From a virus (taxonomy: Duplodnaviria; Caudoviricetes), in the IMG/VR virus record IMGVR_UViG_3300000203_000004, positions 1 through 64,000 of that record: a stretch of 64,000 nucleotides of DNA. One strand, 5' to 3'. Made by a program: the position numbers and the translations under genes. Below, in pieces: positions 10,367 to 20,932 of the stretch. Positions within the stretch are counted from its first letter, which is position 1. Every line of letters starts with the position of its first letter. The notes under the pieces are model-generated. The model worked only from the letters and a program-made list of their open reading frames with translations. It was not told the origin of the DNA and ran no database searches.

Positions 10367-11049
10367 TACTTACAATTGGCGAAATGCCATTTATACATAA
10401 CCCCGCCCTTGCCAGTTGCGCCACACTGCGGGCATGTTAGTACCGGTCTCGCTAACGCAGTCTCGCTCATTTTCTTTCTTGTCAAGTCGGAGTGTGGCGC
10501 AATAACTTGATTTGCTCTCGCAAGCCGAATCTTGTTTTTAGTTTCTTCGGTTATTACTTTACCAGCTTGGGCCAATCTCATGTTTGCCTTAGCCTGTTCT
10601 GACATTTTTTTTCCCATCTTATATTTCCGTTGTTTTTCTTTGGTATGCTCAGAGGTAACCTTCCCCAAATGCGTCTGACGATTTAACTCCTTCATTTCCG
10701 GTGTCTGTGGAATTCCTTTATTCCACGGTGCTTTTCCTTTTCGCATTTCACTCATCCGTTCACTGGAGCCCGGTGTTTCGCCTCCATCACCGGTCTCGGG
10801 TTTTAAGTTAGCCCAATTATCACACTCTACTATGTTCCACAATGCGCTATAATACTTGCCCCATTCAGCAACTTCACTATTAGTTTGGCATTCTCGTATT
10901 ATTTCGGTCTCGCAATCATAGCCGTGGATAGATATATGACGCTTCCAGTATTTGCCCGACCCCTTATATTTGTATGGATCATCTTTGGTTTTTCCGAAAT
11001 ATTTCATACCAGTTATCCGATGTGTCTTGATGTATAAGTAAATTGTCAT
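10363..11049 (-). CDS. GIY-YIG homing endonuclease with NUMOD3 repeats
   Basis: YLYIKTH..KYFG..YKGSG; PWNKG; repeated S/TEETK.K; CPQC. Confidence 0.85.
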   Translation of the reverse strand: MTIYLYIKTHRITGMKYFGKTKDDPYKYKGSGKYWKRHISIHGYDCETEIIRECQTNSEVAEWGKYYSALWNIVECDNWANLKPETGDGGETPGSSERMSEMRKGKAPWNKGIPQTPEMKELNRQTHLGKVTSEHTKEKQRKYKMGKKMSEQAKANMRLAQAGKVITEETKNKIRLARANQVIAPHSDLTRKKMSETALARPVLTCPQCGATGKGGVMYKWHFANCKY

Positions 11050-11167
11050 ACTATTATTTAGTCCATTGTCGCCCGATTGTATGAATGTGTTTACCCAATT
11101 GATTTGCTTTAGTGCCGCGAAGTTGTTATAATAGTCTCATGCTGTAAACAGCTATATTTAAAGGAAA

Positions 11168-11425
11168 TTGAAAATGACAAAAACTGAACGACTTTTAGAA
11201 GTTCTCCAAAATGGCGAGTCTTTGACAGCCAAACAAATTACCCAACGCTTCGGCTTGGCTAATCCTACCGCATCCGTGTCGAGCCTGCGCTTGAACGGTG
11301 GCTTCGCAATCTACGCCAACAAGCATATTGACAATCGTGGTCGCGAAACAACCAAGTATCGCTTGGGACGCCCTAGCCGCGAAGTCGTGGCTGCAGGATA
11401 CCGGGCACTCGCGCTAGGACTTTAA
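11168..11425 (+). CDS. small HTH-like DNA-binding protein
   Basis: LTAKQITQRFGLANP.A.VS.LR; SD AAGGAA. Confidence 0.65.
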   Translation: MKMTKTERLLEVLQNGESLTAKQITQRFGLANPTASVSSLRLNGGFAIYANKHIDNRGRETTKYRLGRPSREVVAAGYRALALGL

Positions 11426-11515
11426 GTTTTAATACTTGAAGGATGAGTGAACTGGCTTTCGGGCCAGTTTTCCATATGTGTTTACTTTTAATCCATTGTG
11501 TGTTATAATAGAGAT

Positions 11516-11740
11516 ATGAACAACCGTATTAAAGAACTTGCCGAACAAGCAACAGAGTATAATGAACAAACTCTTACTGGATGGTTGAATCCTGAAAAGT
11601 TCGCCGAGTTGATTGTGCGGGAATGTCTCGGGATTATTAATAAAGAACACGACGAGGGCATTGACCGACACGGTGATTATCAGTTAGCGTTGTATGAGGC
11701 ATATAGAGAGATTAAAGAACATTTTGGAGTTGAAGAATGA
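11516..11740 (+). CDS. MNERI-family hypothetical protein
   Basis: MNNRIKEL, EKFAELIVREC, KEHFGVEE. Confidence 0.75.
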   Translation: MNNRIKELAEQATEYNEQTLTGWLNPEKFAELIVRECLGIINKEHDEGIDRHGDYQLALYEAYREIKEHFGVEE

Positions 11741-11910
11741 TTGACGAAAATAGATATGAGTGGGAAGTATACTATAATGGTGTGTTGCTTGGTAGAACAA
11801 ATACCGAAGGAAGACACCGACTTGTCAAAGAAAAAGTAGAGAATCCAATTGGCATACGGGAGATTGAATTTAAGTTGGTCTTGAAACAACATTTCGGAGT
11901 TGAAGAATGA
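11737..11910 (+). CDS. hypothetical protein ending in the MNERI-family tail
   Basis: 57 aa ORF ending LKQHFGVEE; ATGA overlaps. Confidence 0.55.
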   Translation: MIDENRYEWEVYYNGVLLGRTNTEGRHRLVKEKVENPIGIREIEFKLVLKQHFGVEE

Positions 11911-12116
11911 AGAAACTATGTCCTGATTGTGATCCCAGGGCTACTTGTTGCGATCACTGTGCTTTTTATGAATTTCGTGGTGACACCCAAGGTTGCTACA
12001 CCGGCGATGGTTGGTGTCGCTTACATAAAGAAAAACGAGACCCCGGCAGCGATTGCGAGGAGTATGTTTGTTTTCAACTATTAAACCCCGAAGGTGTGGA
12101 GCCGAAGCATGAGTGA
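11907..12116 (+). CDS. Cys-rich hypothetical protein
   Basis: CPDC, CCDHC. Confidence 0.6.
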   Translation: MKKLCPDCDPRATCCDHCAFYEFRGDTQGCYTGDGWCRLHKEKRDPGSDCEEYVCFQLLNPEGVEPKHE

Positions 12117-12242
12117 TCGTCCCCGCTTATGGGTGTTCTATTCGCTAATGGTGGTGTTATCTCCATTCATACTGGTATGGGCAATATATTCAATAATCAC
12201 AGCCTTCATAAGAATGGCGGTAGATGTAATAAAGGACAGAAA

Positions 12243-12416
12243 ATGAACGAACGAATTAAACAACTTGCTATACAAGCAGATATTAAGTTCTTAGAGTTCC
12301 ACGGTAAAGAATATTGTGAAGCGTGGGTAGAACAACAAGAAAAGTTCGCCGAACTTATCATTCAGGAATGTGGTGAGATTGCTTTTTATACTCTAAAGGA
12401 ACTGACAAGAAAATGA
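12243..12416 (+). CDS. MNERI-family hypothetical protein (short)
   Basis: MNERIKQL, EKFAELIIQEC. Confidence 0.65.
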   Translation: MNERIKQLAIQADIKFLEFHGKEYCEAWVEQQEKFAELIIQECGEIAFYTLKELTRK

Positions 12417-12563
12417 ACGAAGAAATGATTACCATTACAAAAGCAGAATATGACCGACTGGTTGAAGATTCTGTGTGGCTCAGTTACCTTGAAGGTGCCG
12501 GCGTAGATAATTGGGAAGGCTTCGATGAGGCCCGGGCGATGCGTGACGAAGACGAGGCTGCAG

Positions 12564-12851
12564 ATGAATGAGCAAACCAGAGAAATCCTAATTATCCTCC
12601 AAGAGGAATGCGCTGAGGTCATCAAAGATGTTTCCAAGTGCTTCCGATTCGGTCCTGATCAGGTTCATCTAAACTCACAGGATGGTCGCACTCAGATCCA
12701 GAATCTTGAAAAAGAACTGGGCGATGTGATGGCGATGATTGAACTGCTACAAGACGAGAACATCGGAGTGTCGGCAGCAGGCATTGAGAAGGCAAAACAC
12801 GAAAAGTTTGCGAAGCTAAAACAATGGTCCAACATAAAGTTCAATAAATAG
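12564..12851 (+). CDS. MazG-like NTP pyrophosphohydrolase
   Basis: EECAEV...ELGDV acidic motifs. Confidence 0.8.
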   Translation: MNEQTREILIILQEECAEVIKDVSKCFRFGPDQVHLNSQDGRTQIQNLEKELGDVMAMIELLQDENIGVSAAGIEKAKHEKFAKLKQWSNIKFNK

Positions 12852-12854
12852 TAT

Positions 12855-13190
12855 ATGGAATATTTAATTTATCTTCTTGTTTTTCTCGCCGGCTGGTTTA
12901 TTGGTCGCTGGGTTCTGAGATTCATGATGGTAGTCGAGGCGCTAAACAGCATGTCGCCCGAGGAACTGCGTCGAGCCTTAAAGAAAGATGTCAGAGGTGT
13001 CCCGGTGTTACACACAGAGCAATCTAATGACAGTCTCTTTTTGTATGACACCGCGACAAACACTTTTCTTTGCCAAGGTAAGTCACTAGATGAACTTGTC
13101 ACCAATCTCAAATCAGTATGTAACATCAGCACAGCACAAGTAACCCACGACGATAAGCAAATTTTTATCGTAGATGGGAAAGTAGCATGA
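12855..13190 (+). CDS. membrane-anchored hypothetical protein
   Basis: N-terminal TM; late-type promoter ATAAATA 4 nt before ATG. Confidence 0.65.
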   Translation: MEYLIYLLVFLAGWFIGRWVLRFMMVVEALNSMSPEELRRALKKDVRGVPVLHTEQSNDSLFLYDTATNTFLCQGKSLDELVTNLKSVCNISTAQVTHDDKQIFIVDGKVA

Positions 13191-13690
13191 AGGTATCACT
13201 CGGGAAATACCTTAAAAAAGGTGAGCGTCGAATCGATATTCAAATCGACGGTTTCGACACATGGAGTTTAGATCACTCCTTGGCGATGATCATCTATCCT
13301 GCGCTGATACAACTAAAAGAAATCAAGCACGGCGTACCGAGTGAGTTCGCTGAAGTCGGTGGCGAGGACTGGCACGATCAACAATCTTTCGACTTCTATA
13401 CAGAGACCGCAGCAGAGTGTTTTGATTTAGGTGTTGCTCGTTGGGAAGAGGTTCTTGACAAGATGATCTGGTCGTTTCAACAACTTAGTCTGGATGATTA
13501 CGATGACAAATATCATCATGGTGAAATGGACATTGGTTGGAAGGAGATAGATTCTACGGGGCTGTCTGAGATGATTGACAAGAATCCCAGTGGACACTGG
13601 TATGATCATGTTGGACATACTCTACATAACGAACGAATCCAAGAAGGTCTTGATTTATTCGGCCGTTACTACAGAAATTTATGGGATTAA
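13187..13690 (+). CDS. conserved phage hypothetical protein
   Basis: DTWSLDH.LA.II.P.L; W..VLDKMIWSF; GL.LFG.YY.NLWD. Confidence 0.75.
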   Translation: MKVSLGKYLKKGERRIDIQIDGFDTWSLDHSLAMIIYPALIQLKEIKHGVPSEFAEVGGEDWHDQQSFDFYTETAAECFDLGVARWEEVLDKMIWSFQQLSLDDYDDKYHHGEMDIGWKEIDSTGLSEMIDKNPSGHWYDHVGHTLHNERIQEGLDLFGRYYRNLWD

Positions 13691-13691
13691 T

Positions 13692-13934
13692 ATGAATCCT
13701 TTCAATAACATGACAGCCATTCTGATGCGTGATTCCGGATCTAATCGGATCAAACATGTATCTAAGAAGGATTACGAAGTCTTTTGTAAAGAGTTTATAT
13801 TTGACAGTCTACGAGGTACGAACTTCGGAGTAGCTTTTTGTAAAAGATTTGAAATAATAGATACCGCATTGATTCTGAATCGCAGTGATGCGAACACCAG
13901 ACAATATATTAAGGATGTAGCCTACGTTCAATGA
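13692..13934 (+). CDS. hypothetical protein
   Basis: ORF in dense operon. Confidence 0.55.
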   Translation: MNPFNNMTAILMRDSGSNRIKHVSKKDYEVFCKEFIFDSLRGTNFGVAFCKRFEIIDTALILNRSDANTRQYIKDVAYVQ

Positions 13935-14131
13935 TGACTGATGATGCTTTCAAAACTGATATCGATATCCAGTTTGGTGGACTATCCTCTATGGTTGGTT
14001 GGTGCCAGACAAACTGTAATGGTGACTGGAGCTACAAAGTTCTGGAGTATGCCGGACTCACTGTTGGTAAATATCAGTTCAACTTTGAAAATCAAGCTGA
14101 CTATATAAACTTTGTTCTTTGGAAAAAATGA
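13931..14131 (+). CDS. hypothetical protein
   Basis: WC..NC.G.W; FE...D...F.L.W. Confidence 0.6.
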   Translation: MMTDDAFKTDIDIQFGGLSSMVGWCQTNCNGDWSYKVLEYAGLTVGKYQFNFENQADYINFVLWKK

Positions 14132-14370
14132 AATATTTTACATTCTGGCGCGAGAGCAACAAGTTTGCTGATATTCTGTCCGATCCTGTACTCAAAAAAT
14201 TGATCAGGAGCAAGACTACCTGGTATCGATACCTGATGATCGGCATCGAAGAATACGAGAACGAATCGACCTTCAGTTATATCACACTGAAATACGGCGA
14301 TGATATGAAAACTGAAGTAGTGAAAGATCGTAGTCCTGTTATCGGTGTGGATTACATGCCCAAAAGATAA
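14128..14370 (+). CDS. hypothetical protein
   Basis: ATGA overlap. Confidence 0.55.
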   Translation: MKYFTFWRESNKFADILSDPVLKKLIRSKTTWYRYLMIGIEEYENESTFSYITLKYGDDMKTEVVKDRSPVIGVDYMPKR

Positions 14371-14377
14371 ATATACA

Positions 14378-15109
14378 ATGAGAAAAATATTTCTGAGTAT
14401 CCTGTTCCTTTTCAGCCTTGGGGTCTGTGCTGAAAATCTCCCTAATATAACCGCGCACTCTTGGTTAGTTGCGGATAATGAGGGTAGAGTAATCGAAGGA
14501 TTCAATCAAGATAATATCAGATCAATCGCCAGCATTACCAAGTTGATCACAGTAATGACAGTGCTAGACGCCGATCAATCATTATCAGAGGTTATCAACA
14601 CCAAGCAGTTCAAATACATTACCCGCCAGATGTTGATTGATCTGGCTATTGTGAAGTCAGACAACAAAGCAGCAACCATTCTGTGCGAACAGTACCCGGG
14701 TGGATACGCCGAGTGTATTCAAGCAATGAATCGCAAAGTTCAAGAGTTGGGCATGGTCGACACCAAGCTATTTGATTCAACTGGACTGAACTACAACAAT
14801 GTAAGCACAGCAAATGATCTGTTGAAATTGGTTCAAGCCGCAAGTAAATATGAAAAGATTGTAGAAGCAAGCGGGAAATCTACGGTATCCGTACCGGTAA
14901 AAAATAAGTCAATTAGTTTTCATAACACAAATTCTCTAGTTGGTCATGGATACAATTTTATCGTAAGTAAGACAGGGTTTATTACCAAGAGCGGAGGATG
15001 TATTGTGATGCAATTACTTACAGACAATGGTTTAAGAACCGTAGTTTTACTTGGCAGCAAGAACACAAAAACAAGAATACCCGAAGCGGCATTCCTCTCA
15101 CTGAAATGA
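14378..15109 (+). CDS. D-Ala-D-Ala peptidase, family S11 (PBP7/PBP5-like)
   Basis: Signal peptide; SITK, SDN, KTG catalytic motifs. Confidence 0.9.
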   Translation: MRKIFLSILFLFSLGVCAENLPNITAHSWLVADNEGRVIEGFNQDNIRSIASITKLITVMTVLDADQSLSEVINTKQFKYITRQMLIDLAIVKSDNKAATILCEQYPGGYAECIQAMNRKVQELGMVDTKLFDSTGLNYNNVSTANDLLKLVQAASKYEKIVEASGKSTVSVPVKNKSISFHNTNSLVGHGYNFIVSKTGFITKSGGCIVMQLLTDNGLRTVVLLGSKNTKTRIPEAAFLSLK

Positions 15110-15185
15110 AAATAGGACTAAATAGAAGTGTAGCCCGCGGAAAGTCGAAGTTCCCGACTACTCTAATGCTAAGAGGAGCACCAGC

Positions 15186-15950
15186 ATGACTATTTATTCA
15201 GTAAGCGCCCTGGATCAAAACATTTGGATTCCGTATACCTATTTAATAACTCATATACCAACCAATACTCATTATTATGGAGTACGGTATAAAAAAGGAT
15301 GCCATCCAAAAGAGTTTTGGATCGATTATAAAACAAGTTCGGAATATGTCGCTGCTCTGATTAATGAATACGGAGAAAACTCTTTTATATTCCAGATCAG
15401 AAAAATATTTACAAATTCCAAGGATGCCAGACGTTGGGAATCGCGGGTCTTAAAAAGAATGAATGCTGTTAATAGACCTGACTTTATTAATAGAACAGAT
15501 AGCGATATACGCTTTTTCCACGATCCTGCTTTTAAATGGTACAACAATGGTATTATTAATACATTAAGTGCTGAACTGCCCGGGTCAGACTGGAGCCTTG
15601 GTAGATTATATCAAAAGCCCACTACTGCTGGGCGGCGAACATATAATAATGGAGTTACCCAAATATCCGCGATGGAGAGTCCGAGCGCTGAGTGGAAGTT
15701 GGGGATGCTGCCTAAACGCAAAGTTACTTATGCCGAAGTTAGATGTCCTCATTGCGGAACCGTAGGTAAAGGTTCAGGGATGATACGATATCACTTCGAT
15801 AACTGCACTGGTGGGTCACGCCGCAAAAACGTTACTCCCAACGGACAAGGTAAGTATCAACGATTGTTGGCAAGTTGTATTATCTGTCACAAAGAAACCT
15901 CAATAAATAATATTAAACGACACCACGGAGATAAGTGTAAATGCACATAA
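15186..15950 (+). CDS. GIY-YIG homing endonuclease
   Basis: YTYLI..YYGVR; WYNNG repeats; CPHC, RYHFDNC. Confidence 0.8.
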   Translation: MTIYSVSALDQNIWIPYTYLITHIPTNTHYYGVRYKKGCHPKEFWIDYKTSSEYVAALINEYGENSFIFQIRKIFTNSKDARRWESRVLKRMNAVNRPDFINRTDSDIRFFHDPAFKWYNNGIINTLSAELPGSDWSLGRLYQKPTTAGRRTYNNGVTQISAMESPSAEWKLGMLPKRKVTYAEVRCPHCGTVGKGSGMIRYHFDNCTGGSRRKNVTPNGQGKYQRLLASCIICHKETSINNIKRHHGDKCKCT

Positions 15951-16492
15951 TAGAAATAGAGAACAATATTAGGATTCCGCATCTTTACTTAGACCAAGAT
16001 GGTGTCCAGGCTGACTTCTTCGGGGCATGGGCTGATATGCACGGTGTGCCACATTACAAAGAAATCAAAGATCCTGAGGCAGCGATAGTTGAATTGGCTC
16101 AGACCGGGCCCGAGAATGTCTATAAGTTTTTCAGAAACCTTGAACCACTACAAGGTGGACAGGTTATCATTCAATGGCTCCATCGTAACAAAATACCATT
16201 CACCGTGTTGAGTGCTCCGTTGCGAATCGAGGGCGCCGCAAGTGTCCAGGGGAAGAAGGATTGGTTGGATGAACATAATCCGGGAGCAAGTCATGGGGCA
16301 ATTTTCACCCCGAAGAAGTTCAAATATGCCACAAGTAATGGGCACCCAAATGTGCTTGTTGATGACTTCGGCAAGTATTTGTCTTCCTGGGCAGACGCCG
16401 GCGGTATTGCTGTGAAGCACGAAGATGGTAGCACCTCGCATACCATTGCTGAACTGACAAAGATTTATAGTCAGTATAAAGACATACACTAA
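15941..16492 (+). CDS. HAD-family 5'(3')-nucleotidase
   Basis: LYLDQDGV (DxD), LSAP, LVDD. Confidence 0.8.
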   Translation: MHIIEIENNIRIPHLYLDQDGVQADFFGAWADMHGVPHYKEIKDPEAAIVELAQTGPENVYKFFRNLEPLQGGQVIIQWLHRNKIPFTVLSAPLRIEGAASVQGKKDWLDEHNPGASHGAIFTPKKFKYATSNGHPNVLVDDFGKYLSSWADAGGIAVKHEDGSTSHTIAELTKIYSQYKDIH

Positions 16493-16499
16493 ATATCGT

Positions 16500-16691
16500 A
16501 TGAGCAAAAAAGGTCCCGGATCAAACAATATGCGTTACGAAGTGGTAACACAGAAAGATCCGGCAACGGACGATGTACTGTTACCCATTCCACCAGTTCT
16601 ACTGAAGCAACTGGGATGGAAAGAGGGCGATGATGTTGAGTTAGTCGTAGATGCTCAAGGTCATTACATACTTAAACGAATCGAAAAATGA
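16500..16691 (+). CDS. AbrB/MazE/SpoVT-like DNA-binding protein
   Basis: LPIPP.LLKQLGWKEGD.V. Confidence 0.75.
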   Translation: MSKKGPGSNNMRYEVVTQKDPATDDVLLPIPPVLLKQLGWKEGDDVELVVDAQGHYILKRIEK

Positions 16692-17086
16692 TACAAAATG
16701 ATTGGATAACCTCCCTCTCTGGTGTAAACACCAATATGGCATCGTCGCCGTATACTATCACCGGCGGACTAACCGCAACCGGAGGTTCAGTTCTTACCGG
16801 GATTAGTAGTTCTGCTAGCTGGGCAGATACCATAACAGCATCGGGCGATATGTTCCCGACCGCTCTGAATGTAAGAGGTGATGCGAACTTTCAGGGCGAT
16901 GTAAAGATTCAGGGTAGAAGTATCATGGACACGCTTGATAAGATTGAAGAACGACTTGCTATCCTGCGACCTAACGAGGTCCTTGAAGAAAAGTGGGAAC
17001 AGTTAAAAGAACTCGGTAAACAATACCGAGAAATGGAAAAAGACATTCTTGAAAAAGAAAAGATTTGGAAAATACTTAAAAGGTAA
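16688..17086 (+). CDS. hypothetical protein
   Basis: C-terminal coiled coil IEERLAIL.PN..LEEKW. Confidence 0.65.
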   Translation: MIQNDWITSLSGVNTNMASSPYTITGGLTATGGSVLTGISSSASWADTITASGDMFPTALNVRGDANFQGDVKIQGRSIMDTLDKIEERLAILRPNEVLEEKWEQLKELGKQYREMEKDILEKEKIWKILKR

Positions 17087-17094
17087 GGAGAAGA

Positions 17095-17811
17095 TTATTT
17101 CTTCGCAGACCATCCTATTGTGTTGACAGAGGCTTCATTATGATATTTATTTACTTCAATCTTTTTACCAATATTGTATCTCATAAGGTCTGCGTTAAGA
17201 AAATTGGATCTACAAAACTGTGCCAGATTCAGAACAGTATGTTTAACGCCGGCAGGTGAAGTAACTTCCCAACAAATACCTTTACTTTTCACTACATGTT
17301 TTTTTCTGGGCGCAGTGTTATTCTTCTTCGTTTGAATTCCTTTATCAATGGACTCCTGCGTTTGAGTATTGTATATTCCACCGTTATTTTTAAGGCGAGT
17401 AGCAGTTGCTTTGGCTCTCGCCTCAGGGGTACCACATTTATATATGCCTCCTGTTTTTCTTTTAGTAGCAATAGCCTTTTGTATAGTTTTATGAGAGTGT
17501 TTTATTCCAGAAACACCATCTCCGCCATCAGTTTTGTTTCGGAGAATACCAACGGTACCGTCGCGGTACATAACATCTTTGCGGCCATACCATCGTATTA
17601 GTCGTCGTTCAATAGCAAATGCTCCAATCTCTGATAAATACTGTTCTATGATGATAATTTTATCAAGGTCTACTGGCGGTGAAATTTCACCCCTCCCTTT
17701 AGTCCAGGCCCTGGTATTATGTCCTTTACCTATATAGTACGGAGTCCCATCATGTCGTAAATAGGCGTAAACATAGAACCAGTAAGGTGGTTTATTCTTG
17801 CTAAATATCAT
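17095..17811 (-). CDS. GIY-YIG homing endonuclease
   Basis: FYVYAY..PYYIGKG..R; [10 protein letters not shown]. Confidence 0.85.
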   Translation of the reverse strand: MIFSKNKPPYWFYVYAYLRHDGTPYYIGKGHNTRAWTKGRGEISPPVDLDKIIIIEQYLSEIGAFAIERRLIRWYGRKDVMYRDGTVGILRNKTDGGDGVSGIKHSHKTIQKAIATKRKTGGIYKCGTPEARAKATATRLKNNGGIYNTQTQESIDKGIQTKKNNTAPRKKHVVKSKGICWEVTSPAGVKHTVLNLAQFCRSNFLNADLMRYNIGKKIEVNKYHNEASVNTIGWSAKK

Positions 17812-17886
17812 GCTGTAATTCCTTTCAATTATAGAATAGTTGGGTAACTTAATCGTGAACTATAGTATTTATCATAAGGAAATAAA

Positions 17887-18099
17887 TTGAAAGAAGAAGG
17901 TATCAAAATGGAGGGCAAGGTAGTCGATGTACTATCTAATGCTATGTTCCGTGTCACATTAGAGTCTGGCGCAAAAGTTGTCGGACATGTCTCTGGTAAG
18001 ATGCGCCAAAATGACATCAAAATTTTATTAGGTGATGCTGTGGAAATTGAATTTTCACCGTACGACCTAACTAAAGGTCGAATCACCCGCCGACGATAA
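17887..18099 (+). CDS. infA: translation initiation factor IF-1
   Basis: [17 protein letters not shown]...[26 protein letters not shown]. Confidence 0.95.
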   Translation: MKEEGIKMEGKVVDVLSNAMFRVTLESGAKVVGHVSGKMRQNDIKILLGDAVEIEFSPYDLTKGRITRRR

Positions 18100-18132
18100 A
18101 ATGGTCTTGGTAATATTTGTGCTAAATACAGC

Positions 18133-18459
18133 ATGAATATTACAATCACACAAACAGCAGCAGAAAAAATCGCAGAAATTATTGCCGCGGAAAACGACCC
18201 GGCAATCCAACTCCGTATGTTCGTCCAGGGAGGCGGATGTGCGGGGTTTTCTTATGGGTTCGCCCTTGATGACGAAAAGAATGATGATGATTTCGAAATC
18301 CCGGCAGGTTCCTCAAGAGTCCGGGTGGATGCTATGAGCGCACAATACCTCGATGGATCGACGGTTGATTATGTTGAGGACCTGATGGGGGCGAGTTTTA
18401 AAATCAACAACCCTCAGGCAACATCCACATGTGGGTGCGGTTCTTCCTTTAGTATGTAA
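18133..18459 (+). CDS. erpA: A-type Fe-S carrier, ErpA-like
   Basis: GGGCAGFSYGF; NP.A.STCGCGSSF. Confidence 0.88.
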   Translation: MNITITQTAAEKIAEIIAAENDPAIQLRMFVQGGGCAGFSYGFALDDEKNDDDFEIPAGSSRVRVDAMSAQYLDGSTVDYVEDLMGASFKINNPQATSTCGCGSSFSM

Positions 18460-18489
18460 TTGGACTAAATATACAATAAGGATTAAATC

Positions 18490-19537
18490 ATGGCGATATC
18501 AGGAAAGTTGGAGATTTTTGTAGGGTTGCAGAACGAATCAATCGGCAGTGATTCATTGTATACCGCCTTCAATAAAACCAAAGATAATTTCACCACATTG
18601 TTTAGTAATGCAAGTCCATATAACACATTTACTGGTAACACCGGCATCAATGTAACCGCCAATGCTTCAACCGGAACGGTTGATATAACTAACACTGGTG
18701 TAGTCAGCATTATTGAAGGGACCGGGATTACTATAAGTGGAAGTAATGGTAATGTTACAATATCATCTAGGGGGCGGTGGCGGTTCCGGAGTAACCAGTG
18801 TTGGCGTGACATCAACCACCCTTACTGTAACGAATACACCTATTATAAGCGCCGGCAACATAAATATAAATCTTCCAGTGATTGCTAGTATTTCCGGAGT
18901 TTATACAGCACCTACGATAACAGTTGATCCTTACGGAAGAATAACGTCAGCAGTGTCATCAGTGTCATCAGGAACAGTTACTTCAGTTGCAGTTACTAGT
19001 GGTGATGGCATCCTGGTAACTGGTGGCCCTATCACCTCATCAGGAACTATCAACATTATCAACACTGGTGTAACCAGAGTTAATGCAGGCACTGGTATAT
19101 CTGTATCTGGCAGCAACGGTAATGTCACAATCTCCACGACTACGACAGGCGGCACTGTCACCAGTGTTAGTGTAGCTAGTTCATCTCTAGTGGTAAGTGG
19201 TGGTGCGATAACGACAACAGGCACTATCAACGTTGAACTGCCTACGAGCAGTGAAAATCTACTGACTGGCAATGCTGCTAATCTTGCAGTGCTGTCAAGC
19301 TACTTCACTACTTTAGGTGCCAGTACTGCTACTCTTGCGGCAGGAAGTAATGGTCAGGTCAAGAACTTTATGATGGTTGCACACGCCGGAGACATGGTCA
19401 TCACTGTGACTAACGCAGGATGGAAAGCATCGGGTACAGGAACGCTGACGTTTGATACAATCGGTGATGCCTGCACACTCCGTTATGTGAACAGTAAGTG
19501 GTTCTGTACTGGAAACAACGGGGTGGTATTCGGATGA
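18490..19537 (+). CDS. tail-fibre/virion structural protein, frameshifted near 18768
   Basis: G/T/S-rich repeats (GTVTSV, GNVTIS) continue across ORFs 18490-18888 and 18737-19537. Confidence 0.7.
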
Positions 19538-19968
19538 CAACAACAACTATTAGAATAACTGAGTTACACAGCATCGGTTCGAATGTGGCGTTCAACACCA
19601 TTGTGCCTGTTGTCAATATGGCAGGCATTCCTACTACGTTCAATGCTAATCTACAGATCATCGGAAATCTTATCCTGTCTGGAGCAGGTGGCAACTTCGT
19701 TGTAGCTGCGAACTCTATACATGCAGTGACTTCTAACACTGCTAACTATGCTGATATCGCAGCCACTGTTTCAGAAGGTGCTCAACCAAACATCACCAGC
19801 ACCGGCACACTTGCCAATCTTGTGATAGGTAGTAGCGTGATTCTTCCTGCTAACATCACTATCACTGGCAGCGACCCTCGCGCAGCAGTCGATAAAGAGA
19901 TTGCGTTCAAAATACCCGTGGTCATCCGAGGCGTTACTTACTATCTTTCACTTACAGCAGCAGTTTAA
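19534..19968 (+). CDS. putative virion structural protein
   Basis: AQPNITS.GTL motif; follows fibre-like gene. Confidence 0.6.
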   Translation: MTTTTIRITELHSIGSNVAFNTIVPVVNMAGIPTTFNANLQIIGNLILSGAGGNFVVAANSIHAVTSNTANYADIAATVSEGAQPNITSTGTLANLVIGSSVILPANITITGSDPRAAVDKEIAFKIPVVIRGVTYYLSLTAAV

Positions 19969-19975
19969 TAGCCGT

Positions 19976-20005
19976 GGCAAAGCCTCCCGAGGGAGGCTTT
20001 TTGCC
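19976..20005. terminator. bidirectional intrinsic terminator between convergent blocks
   Basis: GGCAAAAGCCTCCC-GA-GGGAGGCTTTTTGCC hairpin at the +/- strand switch. Confidence 0.85.
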
Positions 20006-20013
20006 GGGTGATG

Positions 20014-20223
20014 TTAAACAGTTTCCAACATCGTATCAGTGAACCTCGACAGGCACATCGCTGAGATATCCAGAAACGGCCACTCAAGAAAGAACGGGCA
20101 TCCGCCATCCCACTTGTGTTCTTTTCTGAATCTGGCAAACGCTTCCACATCTGCCTTGTTTCGTGCGTCGAACTTGCGGCGCTCACGCACCACAGTGTCT
20201 AATGTGGAGAGCATGTAGCTCAT
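20014..20223 (-). CDS. hypothetical protein
   Basis: W..GCPF.LEWP motif. Confidence 0.6.
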   Translation of the reverse strand: MSYMLSTLDTVVRERRKFDARNKADVEAFARFRKEHKWDGGCPFFLEWPFLDISAMCLSRFTDTMLETV

Positions 20224-20615
20224 TATGCTACTACCGGAGTTTCCGTTACCGCTTCAACAGTGACCTTCTTAGCGCGAGCCTTGATAGCATCAAGCGAGGG
20301 CTTCGTCTTAGTGACCTTGACGACCTTGGGCGCTTTTGCCGCCTTCGGGGTCTTGACCACAACTGCGCGGTCAGTCAATGAATCGATAATAGTTGCCTGA
20401 TCACCCGGGGATTGAAAATCTGCATGAGATTTCAGATACGTGAGAGCCTCGACCTTAGTCATTGCCGTTGGCAACTCAACCAGATCAACGCGAGAAGCGC
20501 CGCCCTTAGTAAATTGCTTGATGCGACGAACCATGTCATCAGTGAAGCGAACCTTGGTAGAATCACCATGAGTCGTAATACCAGCCACCTTAAATACTTG
20601 AGTAGTATTTGTCAT
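20223..20615 (-). CDS. hypothetical protein with Lys/Ala-rich tail
   Basis: SD AAGGAA; upstream sigma70 promoter. Confidence 0.7.
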   Translation of the reverse strand: MTNTTQVFKVAGITTHGDSTKVRFTDDMVRRIKQFTKGGASRVDLVELPTAMTKVEALTYLKSHADFQSPGDQATIIDSLTDRAVVVKTPKAAKAPKVVKVTKTKPSLDAIKARAKKVTVEAVTETPVVA

Positions 20616-20932
20616 TTTGTTTTCCTTGAAAGAGAAAGTTAATAAAAATGCTTTTCAGCATGAACTATTATAACACACCTTGCGATTAAAGTCAATCACT
20701 AAGGTGCCCATAATTAGACGGGGGATGCAAAGCTTGAAATGAGTTGGTCGCCATACATTGCCTTGAGCATTTGGAAGGCATTGTAAGGATTATCGGATTG
20801 GATGGTAACCTTGATAAAGGCTCCGGGTACGGTTCGGACAAGAGCCCAGTATGTATTAATTTTCATTCTCCTTTAAGTAATAGCGATGTTATATTATAAC
20901 AGATTTAGGATTTGTTGTCAAGTATTCTTCAC

